Origin: an uncultured Salinivenus sp.
Lineage (GTDB): Bacteria > Bacteroidota > Rhodothermia > Rhodothermales > Salinibacteraceae
Direction of reading: 5' to 3'
Assembly: GCA_964491575.1 (NCBI GenBank)
Contig: CAZBIB010000002.1
Coordinates: 1 to 55,362, forward strand
Length of the DNA stretch: 55,362 nt
The notes beneath the pieces were generated by a model. The model had not been told where the DNA came from. It ran no database searches and saw nothing but the letters and a program-made list of their open reading frames with translations. The translations under genes and the position numbers were made by a program. This document shows positions 1-9,728 of this stretch, one piece after another (position 1 is the first letter of the stretch; every line of letters begins with the position of its first letter).

Positions 1-359
1 CGAGCACAGTTCTCCTCCGCCTTCTCGCCGTAGCCGTAGAGAAAGAACGTCTTCCAGTTGTCGTCCTGTGAAATCGTGGAGGCGTCCTCGGCGATGTCTT
101 GAAAGCTCGGGAGTGCCTCCCGATGCTGGAGAATCGCGTCGAGCTCCTGCCGCATCACGGTCCAGTTCTTTTCGAGCAAAGATGTCCACCCGAAGCGATC
201 GGGGGCGTGGACGGGTCGATCGCCTACCTTCGAAAAGCGGCCGAACACCCCGTCGAGGGCGTGCATGCCCAGGTGCCCGAGCTGCTTGAGGAAGGAATCA
301 TTCCGCTGCTGAAATGTCTCTTGCTGAACCGACGTGCCGTTCGTGGTGTCGTCCTTCAT
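1..359 (-). CDS. Aspartyl/asparaginyl beta-hydroxylase domain protein (LpxO-like Fe/2OG dioxygenase), 5' part; runs off the window edge
   Basis: Not in the ORF track. Manual translation from ATG at 359: MKDDTTNG...FGWTSLLEKNWTVMRQELDAILQHREALPSFQDIAEDASTISQDDNWKTFFLYGYGEKAEENCA. The LExNWxxIRxE and WKxFFLYGYG...NC motifs are typical of the family. Confidence 0.8.
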   Translation of the reverse strand, partial: MKDDTTNGTSVQQETFQQRNDSFLKQLGHLGMHALDGVFGRFSKVGDRPVHAPDRFGWTSLLEKNWTVMRQELDAILQHREALPSFQDIAEDASTISQDDNWKTFFLYGYGEKAEENCA

Positions 360-493
360 GGTTGTGAGTACGAAAGAGAAGGGTGATCGAGGGGTTGGGT
401 GAGGAGAAACCTGAGCGGATCTCAGTCAGGACTCCGTCGACGAGGGCTCAGGCGATTCTGCTGTCCGGGCCGGTGGTGCCGAATCCGCGCGAC

Positions 494-1297
494 CTACGCC
501 TCCGGCGTGTCGAGGTGTTCGGCAGGCGCGTCCGCGGCCGGCGCGGTGCCTAGCCAGTCCCAGGCAGCCGCCTCGTCCTCGGCGTCGAACAGGCGCAGTT
601 CCAGCTTCAGGAGGGGACCCGCCAGCTCTGCCACCGGCTCGATCCAGCCCGGCGCCCCAACGACGGCGTAGCGCTCGATGTGGCGCAGCGCGTCGATTTC
701 CATCTCGGCGAGCTGCTTGCTGAAGACGTCGAGGTGGAAACGGTAGCCGGCGTCCATGCGCATGAGGAGGTTCACGCGTTTGTACTCCTCGGAGGCCGCC
801 CGGAGACGCGGCGCGATCGCCTCAATGTCCGCGCCGGTGATGGGGCCGGTGACGGCGTAGGCCAGCGTGCCGGGGTCTGTCGTCGGGATTTCTTCGAGAC
901 CGCGCTTGGGAGGGCCGGCGTCGGGCGGTGTCTCGCTTGCCCAGGCAAGTGCTTCCTCGCGGTCGTCGGGCTCAAAGGAGCGAATGTCCATCTTTCGGAA
1001 GAGACGGTCCTCCCAGTCCGTCCCTGTGCGAATCCATTCTTGCTCTGCGACGACGGCTGCGCGGTGGAGGCGACGCAGGTTCTTAATCTGGCGGAACCCT
1101 AGCTTCAGGTCCTCCCAGATCGCCTCCGGCGTCATGCTCCCCAGCGAGGTGATTTCCATAAAGAGGTTCACCTGCTCGTGGGCGGAGAGCGCCCGGTTGA
1201 GACGCTCGGCAAACCGATTGATGTCGTCCGATTCGATGCTGCCGCCTGTGCGAACGGCAACGAGGTAGTCGGGGGTGTCGGGGAGAAAGTCGATCAT
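494..1297 (-). CDS. Tandem STAS/SEC14 (SpoIIAA-like) domain protein
   Basis: Two repeated ~120 aa units (AVRTGGSI...RAAVVAEQEWI...IRSFEPDDREEALAW and AYAVTGPI...RYAVVGAPGWI...LRLFDAEDEAAAWDWL). Start trimmed to ATG at 1297 (MIDFLPD). Confidence 0.8.
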   Translation of the reverse strand: MIDFLPDTPDYLVAVRTGGSIESDDINRFAERLNRALSAHEQVNLFMEITSLGSMTPEAIWEDLKLGFRQIKNLRRLHRAAVVAEQEWIRTGTDWEDRLFRKMDIRSFEPDDREEALAWASETPPDAGPPKRGLEEIPTTDPGTLAYAVTGPITGADIEAIAPRLRAASEEYKRVNLLMRMDAGYRFHLDVFSKQLAEMEIDALRHIERYAVVGAPGWIEPVAELAGPLLKLELRLFDAEDEAAAWDWLGTAPAADAPAEHLDTPEA

Positions 1298-1390
1298 GAT
1301 TGACGGGGGTGTTGTACGAGAGAGATGATCAAGCGACAATTCTTGCACCGGAAGACTGCCAAGAAACACCCCTGCTGGGAAGCATTCCCG

Positions 1391-4300
1391 TCAGTCCTCC
1401 CGATGGGATTCGCGCCCGGCGCCCACCTCTGCAGAATCATTCTCCGCAGTGGACAGATCGGGGCTCCCCTCTTCCTCCGACGGCGTCGGCTCATGCTTAG
1501 GGACTCCATCGGTCCGTCCATTTTCTTCAATGCCCGATGTAGACACTGCCTCACTCACAATAGACGCCTCATCGGTATCGCCGCCAAAGAAGCCCGATGT
1601 CCGTACGCTCAGCGAGTCGAAGGCCGAGTACATCACCGGAACAATCACGAGCGTCAGAACGGTCCCGAACAAGAGTCCCGCGATAATGGCTGTCCCCATC
1701 GGTCCCCAGAATTGCGTGTTCGCCGAGCCAATCTGGAAGTTTGGGTCGAAGTCAGTGAGGAGCCCCACGAAGTCGACGTTGATGCCGAACGTAAGCGGCA
1801 CGAGGCCGAGCATCGTTGTCAGGGCCGTGAGGAGGACGGGGCGAAGGCGCGTAGCTCCCCCCTCGATGATCGCTTCAAGCTTCTCAATTCCGCGCTGGCG
1901 AAGCTGCATGATGTAGTCGACCAGCACAATATTGTTGTTGACGACGATGCCGGCGAGGGCAATCACGCCGATAAAGGTGAAGAGACTGAAGGGCGTCCGT
2001 GTGACGATCACCCCCAGTAGCACCCCGATGAGGCTGAGGGCCACGGCCGTCATGATGATGAAGGGAGCCACCACAGAGTTGAATTCCGAGATCAGCACCA
2101 TCAGGATGAGAGCGGCGCCAATCCCGAGGGCCATCGTGAGGAAGTTGAAGGCCTCCTCCTGCTCCTCATTTCCACCCGTGAACGACAGGTTGTACCCGGG
2201 GGGCAGGGTCTCGCGGTAGTCGTCGATCGCCTGCTGCACTCTACCCACGACCTCCGGCCCTGTGTATCCGGGAGCGGCGTCTCCCGACACAGTCACGACC
2301 CGCTCCAGGTCGACCCGCGTGATGGAACCGAATCCTGTGCCTTCCTCAAGGTCGGCGACCGCCGTGAGCGGGATCTGCTGCTGCTGGAAGGGGATGGTCA
2401 GATCGTTGAGGCTCTCGATGCTCTGCCGATCCTGCTGTTGCAGGCGCACGGTGATGTCGTACTCGTCCTCGCCGACACGGTACTCGCCCGCCTGCGTGCC
2501 GGCAATGGCCGTCCGAACGGTCTGCCCAATCTGGGCAATGGAAAGCCCGAACTGCCCAGCCCGCTCCCGATTCACGTCCACCCGTACTTCGGGCCGGCCC
2601 GCGTTTAGGTCGTCGGTCACGTCGACGAGACCGGGGATGTTTTCAGTTCTAAGGATCTCCTTGACTTCCCTCGAGATCTGAACGATCTGCTGGAACTCAG
2701 GGCCCGTGATCTCAATGTTGACCGGGGGTCCAGTCTGCGGGCCCTGCTGCTGCTTGGTGATCTCGACCTCAGTGCCAGGGACGCCCTGAATCTTGTTTCG
2801 AATCTTTTCGATGGTGGCAGGGGAGGGCTCGGCCCGGTCAGCGTACTCCACCAGGTTGATTGTAATCTGGAGCCGTCGGGAGCGCGGCTCGCCGCCGCCA
2901 AAGGCCGCATTGCCCCCCACGCCCACTTGCACGAGCATGTTCTTGATGTTGCCCTGGACGTCCGGTTCCGCCTTCATGAGGCGACTTAGACGATCGGTGA
3001 CTGTTTGGGCAATCTGATTCGTCCTCTCCACGTTCGTGCCCAGCGGGGCGTCAATGGTGATTTGGATCTGCGACGGGTCGGTGTCGGGGAAGAACTGCAC
3101 GGGCGTAGGCGCCACAGCGTAGAGGCCCATGATTAAAAAGAGCACCCCGAAGGCCCCGTTGAGGATGCGGGAGCGGTTGTCGGTAAGGAGGAGGGTCTCT
3201 CGTCGGTTGAAGAGTGCACCGAGCCCCCCGAGGAGAACGAGGAGGAGGGGCCCTGCCATTAAGGACACGATGGTTGTCAGGTCCAGAACCGAACCGGACA
3301 GGTAGAGCAGTCCTATAGCGGCGGCCATGAGAGCACTCAACCCCACGCCCGCCTTTACGCTCGTCGACCCGCCCAGGTACACGCTTTCGAGAGTGTGCAG
3401 AATGACCCCGAGTGCGCCGAGCCCGGCCACGATGCCGGCCGGCACGAGGAAGATCATGCCGGCGGTCTGCCCGGCAATGGCCGAAATGCCGGTACCGATC
3501 AGAGCCAGCAGCACTCCCCCGACCAGCGCCGTCAGGGCGCCGGTATTGCGAAGCATGGCGTAGTCGACCGAATAATCGCGGGCGAGCATGCGGCGGAGAA
3601 AGCCCCGGTACGTGTCCAGGAAACGGGGATAGTCGTGCTCCATGAAGCGATCGCCGATTGGCTTTAGCGCCCACTGGTAGAAGAAATAGAGCATGGGCGC
3701 GGCAATCGCCACCACAACGAGGGTTTTCCAGTTCACGAGCCCAATGGCCAGACCCGCGAGAAGCGTTCCGGCGATCGAGAGGTACTTGATCCGCTGGGCT
3801 CCTTGGGCATCCCGCTCCTCCTCGTCCTCTTGCCCCTTCACATCCATAAAGATGCCTGTAAGGACGGGATTGAGGATGAGGGCCACGAAGAGCGAGCACG
3901 CGAGCGTAATGATGAGCGTCAACGGCAGGTAGCTCAGAAACTGCCCCGTGATGCCCGGCCAGAAAAGCATCGGAGCAAAGGCAGCAATCGTGGTCGCCGT
4001 AGAGGCCGTAATTGCGGGGCCCACCTCCGCGGTGCCCAGCCGGGCCGCTTCGAAGCGGGAGTAGCCCTCCTCGCGGAAGCGGTATATGTTCTCGACAACG
4101 ACGACCGCGTTGTCCACCAGCATCCCCAACGCAATGATGAGCGAAAAGAGGATGACGAAGTTGAGCGTCTGGCCCATTGCATTGAAGACGAGGAAGGCCG
4201 TGAACATCGAAAGCGGGATGGCGATGCCCACGAGCGTCGCGTTGCGGGCGCCCATGAAGAACAGCAGCACGAGGACCACGAAGATGAGCCCCGAGATGAT

Positions 4301-5359
4301 GTTGTTTTGCAGGTCCGTCACCAGCGTCTCGACGTTCTCGCTTTGATCCCCTGTGTAGACCACCTGCGTACCGCTCGGAAAGTTGAACTCCTGAACGGTT
4401 TCCTTCACGTTTGTCACCGTCTCCAGGATATTGGCGCCCGAGCGCTTGTCGACGGAGAGCGTGATCGCCTGCTGCATGTTGCCTCGCTTATCGGAGAGGC
4501 GGATCAGCTCGTCCTCGTCGTTTTCGCGCTTCAGCACCTTCAAGCGGGAATAGGTTTCGCGATCTTTGAAGCCGAACGTGACATCGGCCACGTCGCGCAC
4601 GTAGACGTTGCGGCCGTTGGGCGTCGATTTCAGCACGAGATCCTCAATCTCACTCGGGTCCTGGAACCGACCGTCTACGCGCACGAGGTAGTTTTGACGA
4701 TCCACCTCCACGTCGCCCCCGGGGATCGATGTATTCGCCGCCTCAATGGTATTGATCAGATCAGTGAACGAGAGGTCGTATCCCTTGAGGGCCGTGAGAT
4801 CCACGCTCACCCGTACTTCGCGCGTCAGTCCCCCCGTGATGTCGGCTTCCAGCACGTTGCCGAGACCTTCGACATTGTCCTGCAGGTCCTTGGCGACCTC
4901 CTTCAGGCGGGCCAGCGAGTAGTCGGCCGTGAGGTTGACCGATAGGATCGGGAACTCCGACGTGTTAATCTCACTCACGATTGGGTCCTCCGCCCCATCG
5001 GGAAGATCGGTCTGGGCCGTGGTCACTTCGTCCTGCACCTTCCGATACGCCTCCGTCGAATTGATGCTCGGCTGAAACTCGACGACGATGGACGAAAAGC
5101 CCTCTCGCGACGTGGACCGGATCTCCTCAATGCCATTGATGTCCTGAATCGCCCGTTCTAGCTCCTGCGTCACAATGTTCTCCACGTCCGACGGACTGGC
5201 GCCGGGATAGGGCGTGGAGACGATCACGTACGGAATGTCGAGCGAAGGATTCGACTCCTTCGGAATCGTCACGTAGCTGAAGAGTCCCCCCACGGTGATG
5301 AGGAGCGTGAGCACGATTATCACCGTGCGGTATTTGATCGCAAGGTTGGTGATCTTCAT
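1391..5359 (-). CDS. RND efflux transporter permease (AcrB/AcrD/AcrF family), unusually long with extra TM block
   Basis: 1322 aa; motifs YPGASPSDVE, GMLVDNAVVVVENIYR, GIVVNNNIVLVD, TRLRPVLLTALTTMLGLVPL. Confidence 0.95.
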   Translation of the reverse strand: MKITNLAIKYRTVIIVLTLLITVGGLFSYVTIPKESNPSLDIPYVIVSTPYPGASPSDVENIVTQELERAIQDINGIEEIRSTSREGFSSIVVEFQPSINSTEAYRKVQDEVTTAQTDLPDGAEDPIVSEINTSEFPILSVNLTADYSLARLKEVAKDLQDNVEGLGNVLEADITGGLTREVRVSVDLTALKGYDLSFTDLINTIEAANTSIPGGDVEVDRQNYLVRVDGRFQDPSEIEDLVLKSTPNGRNVYVRDVADVTFGFKDRETYSRLKVLKRENDEDELIRLSDKRGNMQQAITLSVDKRSGANILETVTNVKETVQEFNFPSGTQVVYTGDQSENVETLVTDLQNNIISGLIFVVLVLLFFMGARNATLVGIAIPLSMFTAFLVFNAMGQTLNFVILFSLIIALGMLVDNAVVVVENIYRFREEGYSRFEAARLGTAEVGPAITASTATTIAAFAPMLFWPGITGQFLSYLPLTLIITLACSLFVALILNPVLTGIFMDVKGQEDEEERDAQGAQRIKYLSIAGTLLAGLAIGLVNWKTLVVVAIAAPMLYFFYQWALKPIGDRFMEHDYPRFLDTYRGFLRRMLARDYSVDYAMLRNTGALTALVGGVLLALIGTGISAIAGQTAGMIFLVPAGIVAGLGALGVILHTLESVYLGGSTSVKAGVGLSALMAAAIGLLYLSGSVLDLTTIVSLMAGPLLLVLLGGLGALFNRRETLLLTDNRSRILNGAFGVLFLIMGLYAVAPTPVQFFPDTDPSQIQITIDAPLGTNVERTNQIAQTVTDRLSRLMKAEPDVQGNIKNMLVQVGVGGNAAFGGGEPRSRRLQITINLVEYADRAEPSPATIEKIRNKIQGVPGTEVEITKQQQGPQTGPPVNIEITGPEFQQIVQISREVKEILRTENIPGLVDVTDDLNAGRPEVRVDVNRERAGQFGLSIAQIGQTVRTAIAGTQAGEYRVGEDEYDITVRLQQQDRQSIESLNDLTIPFQQQQIPLTAVADLEEGTGFGSITRVDLERVVTVSGDAAPGYTGPEVVGRVQQAIDDYRETLPPGYNLSFTGGNEEQEEAFNFLTMALGIGAALILMVLISEFNSVVAPFIIMTAVALSLIGVLLGVIVTRTPFSLFTFIGVIALAGIVVNNNIVLVDYIMQLRQRGIEKLEAIIEGGATRLRPVLLTALTTMLGLVPLTFGINVDFVGLLTDFDPNFQIGSANTQFWGPMGTAIIAGLLFGTVLTLVIVPVMYSAFDSLSVRTSGFFGGDTDEASIVSEAVSTSGIEENGRTDGVPKHEPTPSEEEGSPDLSTAENDSAEVGAGRESHRED

Positions 5360-5431
5360 GATACATTCGGTGTCGTGCAGAAAACCAAAGAAGGGGTCGC
5401 AAACGACCCCAATGGGGGGTTAAGGCATCGA

Positions 5432-6661
5432 CTACGGCGTGGCCAACGTGTCCCCCTGGGAGGAAACGTTCGCCTGCGTCCCGCTCGGCGGCGAGGGCGA
5501 CCCCGAGTCCGGAATCTTCGCGTACTGCTGAACGACATTCACCGTGTCGCCCTCCGCAATGTTGTTCTGCCCCGAGATCACGACTTCGGCGTTGGCGTCG
5601 ATCCCGGACGACACGACCGCCCGGGCTCCGTAGGCCGGACCGAGTGTGATCGGTCGGTTTTCAGCCACGCCCAACGAGTCGGAGATGCGGCGAACAGTGT
5701 AGACGTCCGTGCCGCCTTCATCACGCAGTACGGCACCCCGGGGAATCACGAGAGCGCTATCGACCGTCGAGCGTTGCAGCCGGAGCTGCGCGACCATTTC
5801 GGGCTTGAGCGTCTGATCGCGATTGGGAAGGGTGATCTCGATTGGAAAGGTGCGACTGTCTGGGCCGATCGTGCTTCCGACGAATGTTACCTTACCGGTG
5901 CGCGTCCCGACCCCCGTGGCCTGGAAGCGGACCTGTACGGGGGAGCCCTTCTCGATCTCGCCCACATACCGATCCGGAACGCCAGCAACCACTCGGGCAG
6001 GGCGGACATTCACGACGCGAGCGACTTCCTGGCCCGGAGAAATCTGCTCGCCCGCCTCCACCATCCGCTCTTCGACCATTCCCGAAAAGGGCGCGTCCAC
6101 GCTGGTGTTGGCCAGCCGCTTCTTGGCCTGAGCGTACGACGATTTGGCCTGTACCAACTCGGATCGGACCTGCTGAAACTCCAGCGCGCTGATGATTGAG
6201 TCTCGGTAGAGCGGCTGCTGCCGGTTAAATCGGTCCTTGGCGAGCTCGTAGTTCGCGCGAGCCTGAACCATGGCGGCGTGCGCTTCCACGGAATCGACCT
6301 GGGCGACGGTCTCTCCCTCCTGTACGTATTCGCCGCGCTCGGCGATGTAAATGATCGTCCCTGACACTTGGGCGGACAACGTGGCGTCGTGAATGGCCTC
6401 TACCGTCCCCGTCAACTGAATAACGTCCTCAAAGGACTGAGGACGGACCTGGTACGTCTCGACGCGGATCGCCGGATCGGTTGGAACCGCTGCGTCGGCA
6501 TCCGGCTCAGAACCTCCTGATCCACAGCCACTCGCAAAAAGGGCTATCCCCAGCAACAAGGGCACGATGGACCAGGGAGACAACCGGTCCGGGGTGAGAC
6601 GCAAAAGGGACGCAGAACGTTGATCCCACCGTGTGAGAAAGGAAGACAGGAAAATACGCAT
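5432..6661 (-). CDS. RND efflux periplasmic adaptor (membrane fusion protein), lipoprotein
   Basis: Lipobox LFASGC, lipoyl-like LSAQVSGTI...GEYVQEGETVAQVD, VDAPFSG, SRTFPIEITL, LKPEMVA. Start uncertain; ATG 6661 chosen to avoid overlap with tolC. Confidence 0.9.
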   Translation of the reverse strand: MRIFLSSFLTRWDQRSASLLRLTPDRLSPWSIVPLLLGIALFASGCGSGGSEPDADAAVPTDPAIRVETYQVRPQSFEDVIQLTGTVEAIHDATLSAQVSGTIIYIAERGEYVQEGETVAQVDSVEAHAAMVQARANYELAKDRFNRQQPLYRDSIISALEFQQVRSELVQAKSSYAQAKKRLANTSVDAPFSGMVEERMVEAGEQISPGQEVARVVNVRPARVVAGVPDRYVGEIEKGSPVQVRFQATGVGTRTGKVTFVGSTIGPDSRTFPIEITLPNRDQTLKPEMVAQLRLQRSTVDSALVIPRGAVLRDEGGTDVYTVRRISDSLGVAENRPITLGPAYGARAVVSSGIDANAEVVISGQNNIAEGDTVNVVQQYAKIPDSGSPSPPSGTQANVSSQGDTLATP

Positions 6662-6716
6662 CCGAGAAACGGAGAAGGTGAAAGCAATTCGAGCGGTGTA
6701 CGTGAACGCGGGCAGA

Positions 6717-8354
6717 CTATGGATTCGTCGACTGAAACATTTCATCTGCGGGAATTCCAGCGGGCTGGCCCACAGCGGTTTCAAAGGAGCTCTTGGCGGC
6801 AAGGTAATCGCGGACGGCCTGCAGGTAGTTGAGGCGGCTCTGATCGAGCTGGCGTGAAGCCTCCCGCACCTGAAGCTGGGTCGTCACGCCTTGCTTCAGC
6901 CGTTTCAGAGCAAACTGATAATTCGTCTGGGCCGTCTCCAGGTTGGCCTCTTGTGCTTGAATTCGCTGACGAGCCGCCTCGAGGTTGCGGAGCGCCCGCT
7001 GCACCTGAACGCGAATGGACTGCTGAAGCTGGGACACCTGCACCTTGGCCCGACGCACGGCGATCTCCTGCTGCTGAATGCTGGACTGACGCTGAAACCC
7101 ATCAAAGATCGTCCAGCTCAGCTCCAGACCAACGTTAAACGAGGGGTTCCAGTAGGAATCCTGGAAAAAGGTGTTCGTCCGCGTATCGAAGTCAAACGGA
7201 TCCGTGGGATTCGTAATGGTGACCGTCCGGTCGTCCGGCACCCGCCCGGACATGTTTAGGTTGGCAACGGCAGCTACGTTCGGAAAGTACCGGCCCTGTT
7301 CCGTGTTTTTGCGCACCTGTTGCAGCTCGGTATTCAGGCGAGCCCGCTCCAGATCGGCCCGCTTCTCCATGGCGCGTGTCACTGCCTCTTCCACCGACAC
7401 CTCTGCATATTGCCCGCGCTGCTCCGCGTCAAGTGCAGTGGTGAGGCGAAGGTTCACGTCGGCCTCGATGCCCATGGTCTGTTTGAGTCCGTCCAGCGCA
7501 GAACGGAAGGATGTTCGGGCCTGCACCAGTTCGGTTTTCCGGTTGGCCAACTCGACCTTGGATCCAAGGCGCTCGGACTTCGGCACTGTCCCCGTAGAGA
7601 CCTGCTGGGCGATCTCCTTGTAGGTTTCTCGAGCGCGTTCAACGCTCTGCTTTGCAACGTTGACCCGCCTCCTCGCCAACAAGGCGTCGTAATAGGCGAC
7701 GCGTACCTCATCCACAACCAGGTGCCGTTGACGGTCAACCGCCCTCTGATTCAAATCCTTCAGCGTCTGCGCCCCTTCGACCGCCGAGAATGCCTGTGCG
7801 TTATACAACGTTTGTCGCAGGGTAACCCCTCCGAGGAACTCGTTGGCGACACCGAACGGGTTGCCACCGCCCCCGGGGGTGATGCCGGCCTCCCGTTGCC
7901 CCTGCCTCTGCCGCTCCTGAAACTCATCAAACGTGATGGGTTCGGTGGTGGGGTCGTCGTCCAGTCGGGCCCTCTCGTTGAACGTCACCCACTCGGGCGC
8001 CCCGCCGCCTGCGAACAAGCCCGTGACATCGCTCCCGGCGAACGGGTTGGCGGTTTTAATATTGCGCGTGTAGCTTCCCGTCGCGTTGATCTGCGGATAG
8101 ATCCGGCCCCACGCCCCCAGGACCTGTGCATCGGCGTTTCTCACATCGAGCCGGGCCTCCTGCAGGCTGTAGTTTTCATCGATAGCAATCCGAACGGCCT
8201 CCTGCAGGGAGAGCGGCGTTTCCTGCTTGGCATCGATGCTATCCCTGGGACCCGAGTCGACGGGTTGGGCCCGGGATGCCGAGGGGAGAAACAGGGCTCC
8301 GCTCAGGCCTAGCACGAGGGCAAGAACCGAACTGGGAAATTTTAGGAATCGCAT
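6717..8354 (-). CDS. TolC family outer membrane efflux protein
   Basis: Signal peptide; LSLQEAVRIAIDEN, YPQINATGSY, GLELSWTIFDGF, and a C-terminal helical repeat; lies in an operon with the MFP and RND genes. Confidence 0.92.
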   Translation of the reverse strand: MRFLKFPSSVLALVLGLSGALFLPSASRAQPVDSGPRDSIDAKQETPLSLQEAVRIAIDENYSLQEARLDVRNADAQVLGAWGRIYPQINATGSYTRNIKTANPFAGSDVTGLFAGGGAPEWVTFNERARLDDDPTTEPITFDEFQERQRQGQREAGITPGGGGNPFGVANEFLGGVTLRQTLYNAQAFSAVEGAQTLKDLNQRAVDRQRHLVVDEVRVAYYDALLARRRVNVAKQSVERARETYKEIAQQVSTGTVPKSERLGSKVELANRKTELVQARTSFRSALDGLKQTMGIEADVNLRLTTALDAEQRGQYAEVSVEEAVTRAMEKRADLERARLNTELQQVRKNTEQGRYFPNVAAVANLNMSGRVPDDRTVTITNPTDPFDFDTRTNTFFQDSYWNPSFNVGLELSWTIFDGFQRQSSIQQQEIAVRRAKVQVSQLQQSIRVQVQRALRNLEAARQRIQAQEANLETAQTNYQFALKRLKQGVTTQLQVREASRQLDQSRLNYLQAVRDYLAAKSSFETAVGQPAGIPADEMFQSTNP

Positions 8355-8409
8355 GAGGCGCGTGAGACTGCGTGCAGTTACACCAAGGACGTTGGGCAGG
8401 ACGACATCG

Positions 8410-9096
8410 TTACGGCGAGGGCGTGCCGTTCGCCGCCAGGCCGTCGAAAAGAAGGCTCGTCAAGAAATCGGCTCCTTTCTCGGGATCGCTAAGAAACTGC
8501 TGTTCCTCGCACGAGTAGCGGTGCTTTTCGAGGGTGCAGTGGGTGCCGAGCCCACGCACGTTGGCCAGCAGCAGGTTCGCGACGGATTCGGGGGGGAGGG
8601 ACTGGATTTCTCCCTTTTCGATGGCGCCTTCAATGATTGGGGTGAGGGCGTCGACGAGACGCTGATGCTGTTCGCGGAAAAACTGGACCTTTTCCGCGTC
8701 GTCGCTAAAGGCCATCAGGTGGGCTTCCTTGACGAGGAGAAGGAAGAGGTCCTCGCGGTCGCGGATGAGTTCGAAGTACCGTTCTGCGAACGTGTGAAAA
8801 GCGTCGCGCAACAAGCGGCCGTCCTCGAATTCGTCCTGGAAGACCGTGCGGATGAGGTTCTCAATCTCGTCGAGGATGTCGGCGAAGACGGCGAAGAGAA
8901 GTCCTTCCTTTCCGCGTTCGAAGTAGTTGTAGAGGGTGCCTTTGCCGAACTCGGCCTGCTCGGCAATCTCGTCGAGCGTGGCGTCGGCGTATCCCTTTTC
9001 CGCAAAGACGGATCGGGCAGCGTCGAGCATGGCCTGTCGGCGCCGGCGCCGCTCCCGCTCGCGGCGGGACAGGGAGGGATCGGGGGAACGAGGCAT
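8410..9096 (-). CDS. TetR/AcrR family transcriptional regulator
   Basis: N-terminal HTH AARSVFAEKGYADATLDEIAEQAEFGKGTLYNYF; first gene of the efflux operon. Confidence 0.95.
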   Translation of the reverse strand: MPRSPDPSLSRRERERRRRRQAMLDAARSVFAEKGYADATLDEIAEQAEFGKGTLYNYFERGKEGLLFAVFADILDEIENLIRTVFQDEFEDGRLLRDAFHTFAERYFELIRDREDLFLLLVKEAHLMAFSDDAEKVQFFREQHQRLVDALTPIIEGAIEKGEIQSLPPESVANLLLANVRGLGTHCTLEKHRYSCEEQQFLSDPEKGADFLTSLLFDGLAANGTPSP

Positions 9097-9126
9097 GAAG
9101 GACAGAGTGGATGGAGCGTCAGAATG

Positions 9127-9159
9127 TGACTACACAGTCATGAGGTGACCTTTAAGTCA
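9127..9159. promoter_or_regulatory. Two TGAC-N6-GTCA palindromes, candidate TetR operators
   Basis: TGACtacacaGTCA (9127-9140) and TGACctttaaGTCA (9146-9159), 19 bp apart and 30-60 bp upstream of the tetR ATG. Confidence 0.65.
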
Positions 9160-9347
9160 CATGATGACGGTTCGTTCGCGTCCTTCGGAAAGTCCCCGTT
9201 AAGGATTGGAGCGGGAAGGGTGAAGGCTTCCGGAAAATGCCGTGCAGGAGGCGATCGTGTCGAAGACCCGCTCGAAAATCCCCTGATCCATGGGGCTCGA
9301 AGGGGCGGGTTTAGCTGCCCATCACTTTCGTCTGCACCGATCCCGAA

Positions 9348-9474
9348 GCTCCCCAAAACCCAAATCAAAGCATGACATCCTGAGCTTGACTCAGGATCTC
9401 CCCGAATACAGCGTCGCCTCCCTCAAAAAGATCCCGCCGGAGTGCGGGATGACGAGTTGAGGGTTTTTGGGAGC
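9348..9474. repeat. dRS3/REP-doublet-like (MITE-like) element, copy 1
   Basis: Outer inverted repeats GCTCCCCAAAACCC / GGGTTTTTGGGAGC. Inner hairpins GACATCCTGAG-cttga-CTCAGGATCT and AGATCCCGC-cggagt-GCGGGATGAC. Confidence 0.7.
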
Positions 9475-9728
9475 GTCTTCGACTCAACGTGATAGGTCAC
9501 CAGATCTCTCCTCAAAGCGCTTACAGGCCTGTTTCCAGACGGGCTTGCTGTCTCCGTCGGAGTAGGGACGCACCGCCGTGCGTCCAGTGAATACATGATT
9601 CAGTCCAACTGGGGGAACGCACGCCATGCGTCCCTACGATACCACTCGGGACGGGTCCCGAGAGCATTCGGGACAAGATCCTCCGTTCCCGGATCATTCT
9701 CTCAACGACCATCAGTCCCGACCAAGCG

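Noticed and set aside
9645-9662. Hairpin CTCGGGAC-GG-GTCCCGAG as a terminator after the TreS-like gene
   Set aside because: No U-tract, and such stems are common at this GC content.
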